Origin: Alphaproteobacteria bacterium
GTDB lineage: Bacteria > Pseudomonadota > Alphaproteobacteria > SP197
Assembly: GCA_964291415.2 (NCBI GenBank)
Contig: OZ219917.1
Location: 608,001-672,000 of the forward strand
Direction of reading: 5' to 3'
DNA length: 64,000 bases
The position numbers and the translations under genes were made by a program. Under the pieces are notes generated by a model. It was not told the origin of the DNA. It searched no databases and saw nothing but the letters and a program-made list of their open reading frames with translations. Below are positions 10,037 to 20,832 of the stretch, piece by piece. The first letter of the stretch is position 1. Every line of letters starts with the position of its first letter.

Positions 10037-12001
10037 GTGTTCACCAGGCTTCTCGTGGCCAACCGTGGCGAGATCGCCTGCCGCATCATGAAGACGGCGC
10101 GGCGTCTGGGCCTGCATTCCATCGCCGTCTACACCGCACCGGACCGGGATGCCCGGCATGTCGGGGAGGCCGACGAGGCCTGGAGCATCGGCGAGAAGGA
10201 CGGCTATCTCGACGTCGATCGCCTGATCGCCGTTGCCCGCGATTCCGCCGCCGAGGCCCTGCATCCGGGCTACGGCTTTCTTTCCGAGAATCCGGCGCTC
10301 GCCGAGGCCTGCGAGGACGCGGGCGTCGTCTTCGTCGGTCCTCCCGCGAGGGCCAGCCGAATCATGGGCCTCAAGGACTCCGCCAGGGCCGTCATGGTGG
10401 CCGCCGGTGTCCCCGTCTGCGAGGGCCACGCGGAGGAATCGCCGGATGACACCGGCCTCCTCGATCATGCCCTCGACATCGGTTTTCCGGTGATCATCAA
10501 GGCGGTTGCCGGCGGCGGCGGGCGCGGTCTGCGCCGGGTGGAGACCAGGGAGGACTTTCCCGAGGCACTGCATTCGGCGCGCCGCGAGGCGCGGGCGGCC
10601 TTCGGCGACGAGCGGATGCTCATCGAGCGCTTCGTGGCCTCTTCACGCCATGTGGAGGTCCAGGTGCTGGCGGATTCCCTTGGCACGGTGCTCCATCTTC
10701 CCGAACGCGACTGCTCGGTGCAGCGCCGCTGGCAGAAACTCATCGAGGAATCCCCGGCGCCCGGACTCCCGGCGCGGTTGCGCGAGGCGATGGGAGAAGC
10801 GGCCGTGGCCGCGGCCCGTGCGGTCGATTACCGGGGTGCGGGAACCGTCGAGTTCATCGTCGGGAACGGATCGTTTTGGTTCCTCGAGATGAACACCCGT
10901 CTGCAGGTGGAGCACCCCGTGAGCGAAATGATCACGGGCATCGATCTCGTCGAGTGGCAGCTCAGGATTGCCGCCGGCGAGGCGCTGACTCTGCGCCAGG
11001 ACGCCATCCGTGCCCATGGACACGCCATCGAGGCGCGCCTGTGCGCCGAGGACCCGTCGCGGGACTTCATGCCCTCGACCGGCCGCGTCCACCATCAAGG
11101 CATGCCCCGGGAGTCGGCCCGCCTGCGGATCGACTCAGGCATCTGCAACGGCGTCGCGGTGAGCGGTCACTACGATTCCCTCCTGGCCAAGATCATTGCG
11201 CACGGCGATGACCGGGATGAGGCCATGTCCCGCCTGGGCGAGGCGCTGGGTTCGGTCAGCATTCTTGGTGTTGCCACCAACACCGGATTTCTCAAGGGCG
11301 TCCTCGACAATCCGGAGTTCCATGAGGGTGCGGTCGACACCGGGTTTCTCGAGCGGTTCGCCGAAGAGCCGCAGGCGGCGCCCGGGGTCGTCATCGCCGC
11401 AGCCGCCATGCACTTCGCCGGCATCCTCGATCGAGGCGCCGCCGCCGATCCCTGGGTGTCCCTGGCGGGCTGGCGCCTGTGGGGCAATGATTCCGGAATC
11501 ATGGAACTCGCCATCGACGGCAGACCTCACGATGTCGCCGTCACGATCCTTGACAGGAGGTGCTGCCGCATCGGCGAAGAGGTTTTCCGCATCGTGGATC
11601 GTGTCGGCGCCGCTCTCGCCCTCGACTCCGGATCGCGGATCCTGCATCTCGATGTCGTGGCCGTGGATGAGGACGTTCACGTCGCCTGGCAGGGATCGAG
11701 CCATGTCGTCAGGCGACGACGCCACTGGACAACGGCGGGTGACAGCACCGCAGTGTCGGGCGACGTGACGGCGCCGTTGCCGGGGACCGTTGCCGCCATA
11801 CGCATTGCGGAGGGTGACACGTTCCGCCACGGCGATGTCCTCGTCGTTCTGGAGGCGATGAAAGTGGAGATCGCGATCCGGGCAGAAGGTCCCGGCATCG
11901 CCGGGGCCGTCACCGTTCAACCCGGCGAGCGTGTCGAGGAAGGCGCCATACTGGTGACGGTCGCGGCACCGCCGCCCGACTCCGTCCCTGCTGGCAGGTA
12001 G
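10037..12001 (+). CDS. mccA: 3-methylcrotonyl-CoA carboxylase, biotin carboxylase/biotin carrier subunit
   Basis: LLVANRGEIACR, HPGYGFLSEN, ERDCSVQRR, EMNTRLQVEHPV, biotin site EAMKV; GTG start. Confidence 0.9.
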   Translation: MFTRLLVANRGEIACRIMKTARRLGLHSIAVYTAPDRDARHVGEADEAWSIGEKDGYLDVDRLIAVARDSAAEALHPGYGFLSENPALAEACEDAGVVFVGPPARASRIMGLKDSARAVMVAAGVPVCEGHAEESPDDTGLLDHALDIGFPVIIKAVAGGGGRGLRRVETREDFPEALHSARREARAAFGDERMLIERFVASSRHVEVQVLADSLGTVLHLPERDCSVQRRWQKLIEESPAPGLPARLREAMGEAAVAAARAVDYRGAGTVEFIVGNGSFWFLEMNTRLQVEHPVSEMITGIDLVEWQLRIAAGEALTLRQDAIRAHGHAIEARLCAEDPSRDFMPSTGRVHHQGMPRESARLRIDSGICNGVAVSGHYDSLLAKIIAHGDDRDEAMSRLGEALGSVSILGVATNTGFLKGVLDNPEFHEGAVDTGFLERFAEEPQAAPGVVIAAAAMHFAGILDRGAAADPWVSLAGWRLWGNDSGIMELAIDGRPHDVAVTILDRRCCRIGEEVFRIVDRVGAALALDSGSRILHLDVVAVDEDVHVAWQGSSHVVRRRRHWTTAGDSTAVSGDVTAPLPGTVAAIRIAEGDTFRHGDVLVVLEAMKVEIAIRAEGPGIAGAVTVQPGERVEEGAILVTVAAPPPDSVPAGR

Positions 12002-12181
12002 AACGCCTCCATGCGAATGTGCCGGAACTCCTCTGTCCGGATCGATGATCGCGGTCAACGTCGGCGAGGAAGGAAGCCGTTTCGAGGGACGACGTTCCTG
12101 TCCTTCCGGAAGCGATGACGATCGAACGGGCGGTCAGAGTGTCATCATCAGACCGCGTCGGCAATGGAGACGAGACAGGCG

Positions 12182-12535
12182 ATGACGATCACCATTTGGC
12201 ACAACCCGCGTTGCAGCAAGTCGCGGCGGACACTGGAGATCCTGAACGACCTCGGCCTCAGGCCCAAGGTCGTCGAGTACCTGAAGACACCGCCGCAGCC
12301 GGACGAGCTGCGCGAGGTGCTCCGACGGCTCGCCATGGCACCGCGCGACCTGATGCGGACCCGCGAGGCGCCCTGGCGCGACCTTGGACTCGACAATGCG
12401 GATCTCTGCGACGACGTCCTGATCCAGGCCATGCACGAGCATCCCGTGCTGATCGAACGTCCTGTCGTGCTGGCAGGAGGGAGGGCGGTTCTCGGACGGC
12501 CGCCGGAGAGGGTCCTCGACCTGGTCGGCGACTAG
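12182..12535 (+). CDS. arsC: Arsenate reductase (glutaredoxin-type) ArsC family
   Basis: IWHNPRCSKSR and HPVLIERPVV...GRPPE. Confidence 0.9.
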   Translation: MTITIWHNPRCSKSRRTLEILNDLGLRPKVVEYLKTPPQPDELREVLRRLAMAPRDLMRTREAPWRDLGLDNADLCDDVLIQAMHEHPVLIERPVVLAGGRAVLGRPPERVLDLVGD

Positions 12536-12578
12536 CCCACGGCACGATAAGGCGTGACAGCCACCGGCCGGTGCTGCG

Positions 12579-12978
12579 TCAGCCCGCCGGTCGAGGCTGC
12601 GCCGGGACGATGAAAGCGCATTTCGGACCTGGCGTGCGGCTGAGCTTGCGATCCAGGGTTTGGAGCGGGCAATCCAGAGCTTCGGCCAGCGCCACGTGCC
12701 AGGCGTCATGGCTGGTCAGGTTGCCGCGGAGTTCCCGGATCCGGCGGGCGAAGGGAGCAAAGGGGAACAGTTCGATATCCATCCCGAGCAGATCGACCTG
12801 CGCGCCGTTCGCCTCGATCCGGGACACGATCTCCGCCTTCTCCAGGCGGCGCAGGATGTTGGTCGACTCCACCAGCACCCGTTCCGGCATCGGCCACGGC
12901 CGACTCTGCCCGTTTTCCGTCGCGGCCGGTGTCGATCAGTGCGGCGACCGCAGACGAAGCATCCACGACTGCGTTCAC
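12579..12978 (-). pseudogene. VapC-type PIN toxin, frameshifted near 12890
   Basis: N-terminus VVDASSAVAAL in one frame; PERVLVESTNILRRL...DAWHVALAEALDCPLQTLDRKL in another. Confidence 0.75.
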
Positions 12979-15406
12979 CTGCGGTCTGTGTCCCGGGCCC
13001 GCAACATGTCCGAAGTCTGTACGTGGCTGGCGGCATTCAGTGCCTGCCAGACTCTCAGGGGCGTTGCCGGCATGTCGAGGGTGCTGACGCCGGCGACGGC
13101 AAGGGCGTCGACGACGGCGTTGGTGACGGCGGCGGGCGCGGCGAACGTGCCGACCTCGCCGACCCCCTTGACGCCCAGGGAATTGACGGTCGCGCGGCAG
13201 GCGATGCGTTCGCTGACGAACGACGGGACGCTGTCTGCCCGCGGCATCGCGTAGTCCAGGAAACTGCCGGTCAGCAGCTGGCCGCTGGCCGGGTCGTAGC
13301 GGATGGCCTCCATCAGCGCCTGGCCGGCACCCTGGACAATCCCGCCGTGAATCTGTCCCTCGACGATCAGCGGATTGATCTCGACACCGACGTCGTCCAC
13401 CGCGACGTAGCGCACGAGCGTCACCACGCCCGTCGCCGGGTCGATCTCCACTTCGGCGGCGTGGGCGCCGAACGGCCAGGTGAAGTCGAGGGGATCGTGG
13501 AATCCCGTCTCGTCGAGACCGGGTTCCCGACCGTCCTCGCCGAAGCCTGCGGCCAGGTAGGCGGCGCGGGCGACGTCGCCGAAGGCGAGGGAACGGTCGG
13601 TTCCGGCAATGGTGAAGCGGCCGTCTTCCAGTTCAATGTCGTCAGCCGGCGCCTCCAGCATCCATGCGGCAATCTCGCGCGCCTTGGCCGTGACCCTGTC
13701 GCAGGCCAGGGTGATCGCCGGACCGCAGACGACCGCGGAACGCGAGGCGAAGGTGCCCATGCCCCGCTGCACGCGCCGGGTGTCGCCGAACACCACTTCG
13801 ATGGCCTCGAAAGGAAGCCCGGTGCGCTCGACCACCAGCTGCGAGAAGGCCGTCTCGTGGCCCTGCCCATGATTGTGGGACCCGACATAGAGGGTTGCCG
13901 CTCCGGAGGGATGCACCTGAAGGCGCGCACTCTCCCAGTTGCCGACCAGGGCGCCGGCGGCCATGTTGTCGGCCGAGGAACAGCCGCCGCAGGCGGCCGC
14001 ATGGAGAGCCATGCCGAAACCCCTCAGACACCCCCGCTGCTTCGCCTCGTCACGACGCGCCTGGAACCCGGCCCTGTCCGCCGTGTCGAGGGCGCGTTCA
14101 AGGAGACGCGGCGCATCGGCGTCCTGCAATGTCATGCCGAATGCCGTGGTGAAACGGCATGTGCCGCGGCTCGATCAGGTTGCGCTGCCGCAGGTCCGCG
14201 GCGTCGAGGCCCAGTTCGCGCGCCGCGTGATCGATGATGCGCTCGGTCATGTAGACGGCTTCCGAGCGTCCCGCGCCGCGGTAGGCGTCGATGGGCGCCG
14301 AATGAGTCATCACGGCACGCACCCTGACGTGGGCCGATCGGAAGCGGTAGGGACCAGGAATGGAGTAGGTGCAGTAGATGGTCGGCACCGCGTGCGCATG
14401 CTGGCTGAGATAGGCCCCCATGTTGGCCGTGATCTCGATATCGAGCGCCAGGAAGTTGAAGTCGGCATCGAGGGCCATCCTCACCCGGGCGACATGGTCG
14501 CGCGCTCCGGCATCGGCCTGGAAGGCCTCGTTCCTCTCCGAGGTCCAGGCGATGTCGCGCCGCAGCCGGCGGGCTGCCCAGGCGAGCGCGATGTCCTCCG
14601 GATAGGAGTAGGACTTCATGCCAAATCCGCCGCCGACATCCTCGGCCACCACGTCGACCCGTGTTTCCGGCATGGAAAGGGCGGCGGCGATGGCGCGCTG
14701 CAGTTCGTGGGGAAGCTGGTTCGAGACATGGCAGGTCAGCCGCTCGGTGCCGGCGTCATAGCGCGCGATGGCCAGCCGCGGTTCCATGGGCGTGGCCGTG
14801 ATGCGCTGGTTGACGAGGTCGAGGCTCACCTGGTGCGCCGCGCCGGAGAAGGCCCGTGCCACCGCCTGGGCATCGCCATTGGTCCAGTCAAGGCTGACGT
14901 TGGAGGGACAGCCGTCCCACACCGCCGGCGCCCCCGGGGCGGTCGCCTCATCGAGCGTCGCCGCCGCCGGCATCTCGTGGAAGTCGATGGCGAGGTTCTC
15001 GGCACCGTCCCGGGCTGCGGCGTCAGTGGTGGCGACGACCATGGCACAGGGCTGACCGACGTAGCGGACCCGTCCGTCAGCCAGCGCAGTCATGGCGGGA
15101 AAGAAGGAGGCGCTGCCGTCGGCGTTGGGGAGGTTCCAGGAGGCCGACAGCGGAGCGACACCGTCGGCCGCCATGTCGGCCGCCGTCAGCACGGCGATTC
15201 CGGAGAACGTCCGGATCGACGCCCGGTTGGGCAAGCGCTGCCTCCCGGTCCGTGATGGTCATCGAGGCATGCGCCAGGGGCGAGCGCACGAAGACGGCGG
15301 TGAGAACGTCCGCTGGCGGACGGTCACCGGTGTAGCGGCCGCGGCCGGTCAGAAATCGCCTGTCTTCCCTGCGCAGACAGGAAGCGCCGATCGAATGGCG
15401 TGTCAT
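12975..15406 (-). pseudogene. Xanthine dehydrogenase family molybdopterin-binding subunit (form II CoxL-like), frameshifted
   Basis: RREDRRFLTGRGRY, VRSPLAHA, DVGGGFGMK, AYRGAGR, HNHGQGHET, EGQIHGGIVQG, GVKGVGE spread over three frames; breaks near 15210 and 14150. Confidence 0.85.
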
Positions 15407-15606
15407 GGTCAGGGGGCATGGCGAGACGCCCGGTTGCGCAAGCGCTGCCTCCCGGTCCGTGATGGTCATCGAGGCATGCGCCAGGGGCGAGCGCACGAAG
15501 ACGGCGGTGAGAACGTCCGCCGGACACCGGTGTAGCGGCCGCGGCCGGTCAGAAATCGCCGTCTTCCCTGCGCCAGGAAGCGCCGATCGAATGGCGTGTC
15601 ATGGTC
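15218..15606. repeat. Tandem duplication of the CoxL-like 5' end (about 190 bp, two copies)
   Basis: 15218-15410 and 15425-15606 are near-identical; the second copy has three short deletions. Confidence 0.92.
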
Positions 15607-15685
15607 CATCCCACATAGCGCGCCGGGATGACAAAGGAAACCGGTTCGACCTACCTTGGCGTTCCAGGAACAGGAAGTGGCAGCC

Positions 15686-17140
15686 ATGGCCGGACACGGT
15701 CTCATTCTTCGCGGTGGCACGGTCATGGACGGAAGCGGCCGCAGCGGCTTCCGCGCCGATGTCGCCATCGACGATGACCGGATTGCCGCTGTCGGAGACC
15801 TTTCCGGGAAGACGGCCGACACCGAGATCGACGTCACCGGCCAGGTGGTGGCTCCCGGATTCATCGATGTGCATACCCATGACGACCGCATGTTGCGCGA
15901 TGCCGGCGACATGACCCCCAAGGTCAGCCAGGGCGTGACGACGGTTGTTGCCGGCAATTGCGGAATCTCGCTCGCCCCCCTGGTGGCCGGCGAGCGCCCC
16001 ATGGAGCCCTTTGATCTCATCGGCCTCGAGGACGACTTCCGCTATCCGACGTTCCAGGCCTTGTTCGACGAACTCGACCGCGCGCCTGCGGCCTCCAATG
16101 CCGCCTTCCTGGTGGGCCATGCGACATTGCGTCTCGCCGCCATGGACGATGTCCTGCGTCCCGCCACCGGCCCCGAAATCGAGACCATGAAGGGAGCGCT
16201 TGACGAAGCGATGGCGGCCGGCGCCATAGGCCTGTCGACGGGGCTCGAGTATCCGCCGGCGCGTTGTTGCGAGACCGCGGAGGTGGTCGAACTCGCGTCC
16301 AGGGCCGCTGCGGCCGGCGGCGTCTATGCGACCCACATGAGGAGCTACGCCAGCGAGGCGAAGGACGCGTTCGACGAGGCCGTTCACATCGGCCGGAAAG
16401 CGGACATCCCGGTCATCGTCTCGCACTTTCACTGTCACGAGCACGACAATCCGGAACTGGCCGGCGAAGCGCTCGCATGGTTCGAGCAGAGCCGCAGGCA
16501 AGGTGTCCGGATCGTCGCCGACGCCTACCCGTACGAGGCATCGAGCACGTCCATCCTGCCGGAGTTTGTCGGGCGACGAACCCGGGTGCTGGTCACCTGG
16601 TCGAAGCCGCACCCGCAGATGGGCGGACGCTATCTCGACGAGATCGCGGACGACTGGAATGTCGACGCGCTCGTCGCCGCGCGCCGTCTCGCCCCGGGTG
16701 GAGCAATCTACTTCGGGCGCGACGAGCGCAATGTCGAACGCCTCATGGCCCATCCCGACATCCTCATCGGCTCGGACGGCATTCCCCTTGCGCCGCACCC
16801 TCACCCGCGGTTGTGGGGCACCTTTCCCCATGTGCTGGGTCACTATGCGCGGGACCTCGGTCTGACCGGCCTCGAGGCCGCCATTCACCGCATGACCGGC
16901 GCCTCGGCCGAGTGGTTCGGTCTTGAAGGGCGCGGACGCGTGGCCGCCGGCGCCTGGGCCGACCTCGTGGTCTTCGACCCGGCCGCCGTCGCCGCCCGGG
17001 CGACCTACATGGATCCCGAGCAGCCCTCGGCCGGAATTGGCCATGTGTTCGTCAACGGGGTCGAGGTGTGGAACGGCAACGGCCACACCGGCGCACGTCC
17101 CGGACGCATCGTCAGCCGGGTGAAGAATGGAGGACAGTGA
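15686..17140 (+). CDS. N-acyl-D-amino-acid deacylase (D-aminoacylase)
   Basis: APGFIDVHTHDD, QGVTTVVAGNCG, GLSTGLEY, YATHMR, GSDG, PHPRLWGTF. Confidence 0.92.
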   Translation: MAGHGLILRGGTVMDGSGRSGFRADVAIDDDRIAAVGDLSGKTADTEIDVTGQVVAPGFIDVHTHDDRMLRDAGDMTPKVSQGVTTVVAGNCGISLAPLVAGERPMEPFDLIGLEDDFRYPTFQALFDELDRAPAASNAAFLVGHATLRLAAMDDVLRPATGPEIETMKGALDEAMAAGAIGLSTGLEYPPARCCETAEVVELASRAAAAGGVYATHMRSYASEAKDAFDEAVHIGRKADIPVIVSHFHCHEHDNPELAGEALAWFEQSRRQGVRIVADAYPYEASSTSILPEFVGRRTRVLVTWSKPHPQMGGRYLDEIADDWNVDALVAARRLAPGGAIYFGRDERNVERLMAHPDILIGSDGIPLAPHPHPRLWGTFPHVLGHYARDLGLTGLEAAIHRMTGASAEWFGLEGRGRVAAGAWADLVVFDPAAVAARATYMDPEQPSAGIGHVFVNGVEVWNGNGHTGARPGRIVSRVKNGGQ

Positions 17141-17142
17141 CC

Positions 17143-19164
17143 ATGACGCGGATCGTCTCACGATTTCCGAAAAAGGTGGCGAAGCATGACACCGTGTGGA
17201 TACCCATGCCGGACGGCGTCAGGCTTGCCGCCACCATCTGGCTTCCGGACGACGCCGACGACCATCCGGTGCCGGCGGTCCTCGAGTTCATTCCCTATCG
17301 CCGGCGTGACTTCACGGCTGCCGGAGACTCGCTTCACCATCCCTGGCTGGCCGGTCATGGCTACGCGGCGGTGCGCTGCGACTTGCGCGGCAACGGCGAT
17401 TCGGAAGGTCTCTTCGACGACGAGTACTCGCCGCAGGAACTCGATGACGGATACCACGTTCTTGAATGGCTGGCGGCCCAGCCCTGGTGCAGCGGCGCAA
17501 CGGGCATGATGGGAATCAGCTGGGGCGGCTTCAACTGCCTCCAGGTGGCGGCCTTGAAACCGCCTTCCCTGAAGGCCGTCTACTCCGTCGCCTCGACGGA
17601 CGATCGCTACGCCGACGACATCCATTTCATGGGCGGTTGCCTGCTCAACGACAACCTCAACTGGGGTACGACCATGACGACCTTCGCCATGCGGCCGCCC
17701 GACCCCGCTGTCGTCGGTAGAGACTGGCGCCGCATCTGGCTCGAACGCCTCGACAAGGCGCCGAACCTGGTGGCGAAGTGGCTCTCCCACCAGAGGCGGG
17801 ACGGGCAGTGGAAGCACGGCTCCGTCATCGAGGACTACGATGCCATCGAAGCCGCCGTCTACATGGTCGGCGGCTGGGCCGACGGCTACACCAACGCCAT
17901 CTTTCGTGTGGCCGCCGGCCTGAAGGCGCCGTTCCGGGGCCTCGTCGGTCCGTGGACCCACGCCTACCCCTGGAAGGCAAAGCCCGGTCCGGAGATCGAC
18001 GGCCTGAAGGATCTTGTTCGCTGGTGGGACCACTGGCTCAAGGGCATCGACACCGGCATGATGGATGAACCGCGCCTGCGCTGCTGGATGCAGGAAACGG
18101 TGCCGCCACGGACCTCCTACGATCATCGTCCCGGCCGCTGGGTGGCGGCCGACGCGTGGCCGGACCCCGCCATAACCGGCAAGACCTACCACATTGCCCG
18201 AAGCGGTCTGACGGCGCGTCCGGGCCGCCCCGAAACGCTTGTGTGCGCCTCGGAGGTCCTCGCCGGCATCACGCATGGCGACTGGTGCCCCTACGGCTTC
18301 GATGCCGAGATGCCGTCGGATCAGCGCGAGGAGGACGGCCGCAGCCTCGCCTTCGACTCTCCCGCACTTGGCCGGCGCATCGAGATCTTCGGAGCGCCGG
18401 TTGTCGAGCTGGACGTGTCGTGCGACGTGCCGCAGGCGCAACTCTACGTGCGCCTGTGCGACGTGGCGCCCGACGGGGCCTCGACGCGTGTGACCTACGG
18501 GGTTCTCAACCTCTCGCACCGCGACGGCCACGAGGCGCCCGAGCCGCTGGAACCAGGCGCCACGACAAGGGTCCGCGTCCAGCTCAACGACTGCGGCCAT
18601 GCTTTTCCACCGGGACACCGCATCCGCCTCGCCATCCAGACGGGCTCGTGGCCGCTGGTGTGGCCGTCGCCGGCGCTCGCGGCCGTCTCGGTTGTCACCG
18701 CGTCAAGCACGCTCACGCTTCCGGTGAGACCGAGGCGCGCCTCCGACAGGCAACTGCCATCCCTGGGTCGGGGTGCGACCGCACCGCCTCTGGCGGTGAC
18801 GACGATGAAGCCCTACCACCGGTCACGCTCCATGGCCCGCGACTACGTCACCGGCGAGACCCGGATCGACATGGTGAAGGATCGTGGTCACATCCGCATC
18901 GAGGACACCGGCACCGAGTATTCCGGTGGCGGCCACGAGATCTATGTCATCAGGGACGGCGATCCGCTGTCGGCGCGGGCCCGGGTCGACTACGCCATCA
19001 CGCTGGCGCGGGCACCGGACTGGAAGACCAGGCTCGAAACCCGGTTCGTTCTCACCGCCACCAGGGAGAGTTTTCTCCTGTCGGCCCACGCTGAGGCCCA
19101 TGACGGCGATGAGCGCATCTGGTCGAAGAGCTGGGAGGACATCATTCCGCGTGACAGCGTGTGA
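17143..19164 (+). CDS. CocE/NonD family hydrolase (X-Pro dipeptidyl-peptidase-like)
   Basis: MPDGVRLAATIWLP, DLRGNGDSEG, GISWGG nucleophile, GGWADGY, GPWTH. Confidence 0.9.
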   Translation: MTRIVSRFPKKVAKHDTVWIPMPDGVRLAATIWLPDDADDHPVPAVLEFIPYRRRDFTAAGDSLHHPWLAGHGYAAVRCDLRGNGDSEGLFDDEYSPQELDDGYHVLEWLAAQPWCSGATGMMGISWGGFNCLQVAALKPPSLKAVYSVASTDDRYADDIHFMGGCLLNDNLNWGTTMTTFAMRPPDPAVVGRDWRRIWLERLDKAPNLVAKWLSHQRRDGQWKHGSVIEDYDAIEAAVYMVGGWADGYTNAIFRVAAGLKAPFRGLVGPWTHAYPWKAKPGPEIDGLKDLVRWWDHWLKGIDTGMMDEPRLRCWMQETVPPRTSYDHRPGRWVAADAWPDPAITGKTYHIARSGLTARPGRPETLVCASEVLAGITHGDWCPYGFDAEMPSDQREEDGRSLAFDSPALGRRIEIFGAPVVELDVSCDVPQAQLYVRLCDVAPDGASTRVTYGVLNLSHRDGHEAPEPLEPGATTRVRVQLNDCGHAFPPGHRIRLAIQTGSWPLVWPSPALAAVSVVTASSTLTLPVRPRRASDRQLPSLGRGATAPPLAVTTMKPYHRSRSMARDYVTGETRIDMVKDRGHIRIEDTGTEYSGGGHEIYVIRDGDPLSARARVDYAITLARAPDWKTRLETRFVLTATRESFLLSAHAEAHDGDERIWSKSWEDIIPRDSV

Positions 19165-19195
19165 ACGTGACCGCCCGCCTCGTGTCACTGCAACC

Positions 19196-19234
19196 GAGAG
19201 CGGCCTCCGCACGGCACGTGCGGAGGCCGCTCTC
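19196..19234. terminator. Perfect 18-bp hairpin between convergent genes (likely bidirectional terminator)
   Basis: GAGAGCGGCCTCCGCACG-GCA-CGTGCGGAGGCCGCTCTC. Confidence 0.75.
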
Positions 19235-19242
19235 CATCGGTA

Positions 19243-20832
19243 TCAGGCTTCGGACCACATGAAGGACTGAAGCTGCCAGATGTAACCGTTTGGCGTGATC
19301 ACCGGGTCAAGGCCCTCCCGGTAGAGAACGCCCCTGGGCGGGAACATCAGCCAGACATAGGCACCGGTATCTTCCATGATCTCCTGCATGCGGATGTACA
19401 TGTCGTGCCGCTTGGCGGTGTCGATCTCCGCCAGCCCCGCAGCATAGAGTTCGTCGAACTCCGGATCGGACCAGCGTTCCCAGTTCCACACACCGACCTG
19501 GTCGGAAATGAACCACTGGGCCATCTGACTGGGATCGGGAGAATCGAGGTAGGCCATGATCCAGAGTTCCAGATCCTTCCACTCGTCACCCTCCGCTTCG
19601 AGGCCCAGGTTCCAGAACGGTCCGGCGTCAACTGGCACGACCTCGACCTCGATCCCGATCTCCGCGAGATTGGCCTGGATGATGGTGGCTGCCGCAAGCC
19701 GGTCCTGAAGGTTCATCGTCTTCAGCGTCACCTTCAGCCCCTCGGCTCCGGCCTCGGCCATCAGGGCGCGGGCGGCATCGAGGTCCTGCTCCTTGAACTT
19801 GCCCTCGGCGCGATGGCCAATGAGGCCTGGAGGCACGATGCCGTAGGCCCGCGTGCCGACGCCGGCCCAGGCGCCTTCAAGAACCGTGTCGACATCGACC
19901 GCATGCTGAATGGCCCTGCGCACACGGATGTCCTGAAGATTGGGATGGTCGACGTTCATGCCCATCCAGTACCACTGGGTCCCCGGAAACGCCCGGAGAA
20001 TTCCGCCCTCGGGAGGACTCTCCAGCAAGCGCGGTATGGCATCGGTCGCCACGAGGGTGATGTCGATCTCGTCGGCCTCGAAGGCGATCTCGGCGGTCTT
20101 CTCATCGGCGATGATGATCAGCTGCACGTTCTCGATGCCAGGCGGCGTTCCACCCCAGTTCGGGTTGGGTTCCAGGGTGATGCTCTGCTTGAGGACCCAT
20201 TCGGAGACCCGATAGGGACCGCAGTAGAAGTTGAAGAGTCCGTCAAACTTGCCGCCAACCGCCTCGGTCGCCACCTTCGAGAGGATGGAACCGGTTCCGT
20301 CGCACAGCCAGGTCAGCCAGATCGGAGCGAAGGGCTGGTTGAGGTGAATGATCCCCGTGTGGCTTCCGGTCACTTCGACATGGTCCAGCGAGACCGCCTT
20401 GTCCTTCCACTCCGCGACCTGCATGCGCTCGAGCGAGAACTTCACGTCTTCGGCATTGAGTTCGCCGATCACCTCGTGCGAAGTGCCGTCGTACCACATG
20501 ATGCCCTTCTTCAACTCGAACGTGATGGTTTGCGGGTCCGGCTGGCCCAGGCTCTCCACGTACTCGCTCGGTTCCCAATCCCAATCGGTGAGGCTGTTGG
20601 TGTACTTTGCCAGGCGTGCCAGGCAGGCGTACTGCAGAAACATCTCGTAGCCGCCGATCATGTAGCCCGGATCGGTGGACGAGACCGTCCTGTCGGCGCG
20701 AACCCGCAAGGGCCGGCCCGATTGGGCCCAGGCGCTCGACGGATCGAGCAGGCGGTCAACAAGGCCGGCGGCAGCCACCGAGGCAGCCGATGCCTGCAAC
20801 ATGTTGCGCCGGGACAGTTTGGGTAGATTCAT
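19243..20832 (-). CDS. ABC peptide/nickel-type (family 5) substrate-binding protein, Tat-exported, paralog A
   Basis: SRRNML Tat motif; NAEDVKFSLER, DIRVRRAIQHAVD, IQANLAEIGI. Confidence 0.9.
   Translation of the reverse strand: MNLPKLSRRNMLQASAASVAAAGLVDRLLDPSSAWAQSGRPLRVRADRTVSSTDPGYMIGGYEMFLQYACLARLAKYTNSLTDWDWEPSEYVESLGQPDPQTITFELKKGIMWYDGTSHEVIGELNAEDVKFSLERMQVAEWKDKAVSLDHVEVTGSHTGIIHLNQPFAPIWLTWLCDGTGSILSKVATEAVGGKFDGLFNFYCGPYRVSEWVLKQSITLEPNPNWGGTPPGIENVQLIIIADEKTAEIAFEADEIDITLVATDAIPRLLESPPEGGILRAFPGTQWYWMGMNVDHPNLQDIRVRRAIQHAVDVDTVLEGAWAGVGTRAYGIVPPGLIGHRAEGKFKEQDLDAARALMAEAGAEGLKVTLKTMNLQDRLAAATIIQANLAEIGIEVEVVPVDAGPFWNLGLEAEGDEWKDLELWIMAYLDSPDPSQMAQWFISDQVGVWNWERWSDPEFDELYAAGLAEIDTAKRHDMYIRMQEIMEDTGAYVWLMFPPRGVLYREGLDPVITPNGYIWQLQSFMWSEA

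Noticed and set aside
12975-15406. Functional aerobic CO dehydrogenase
   Set aside because: AYRGAGR rather than AYxCSFR, frameshifted, and no coxM/coxS.
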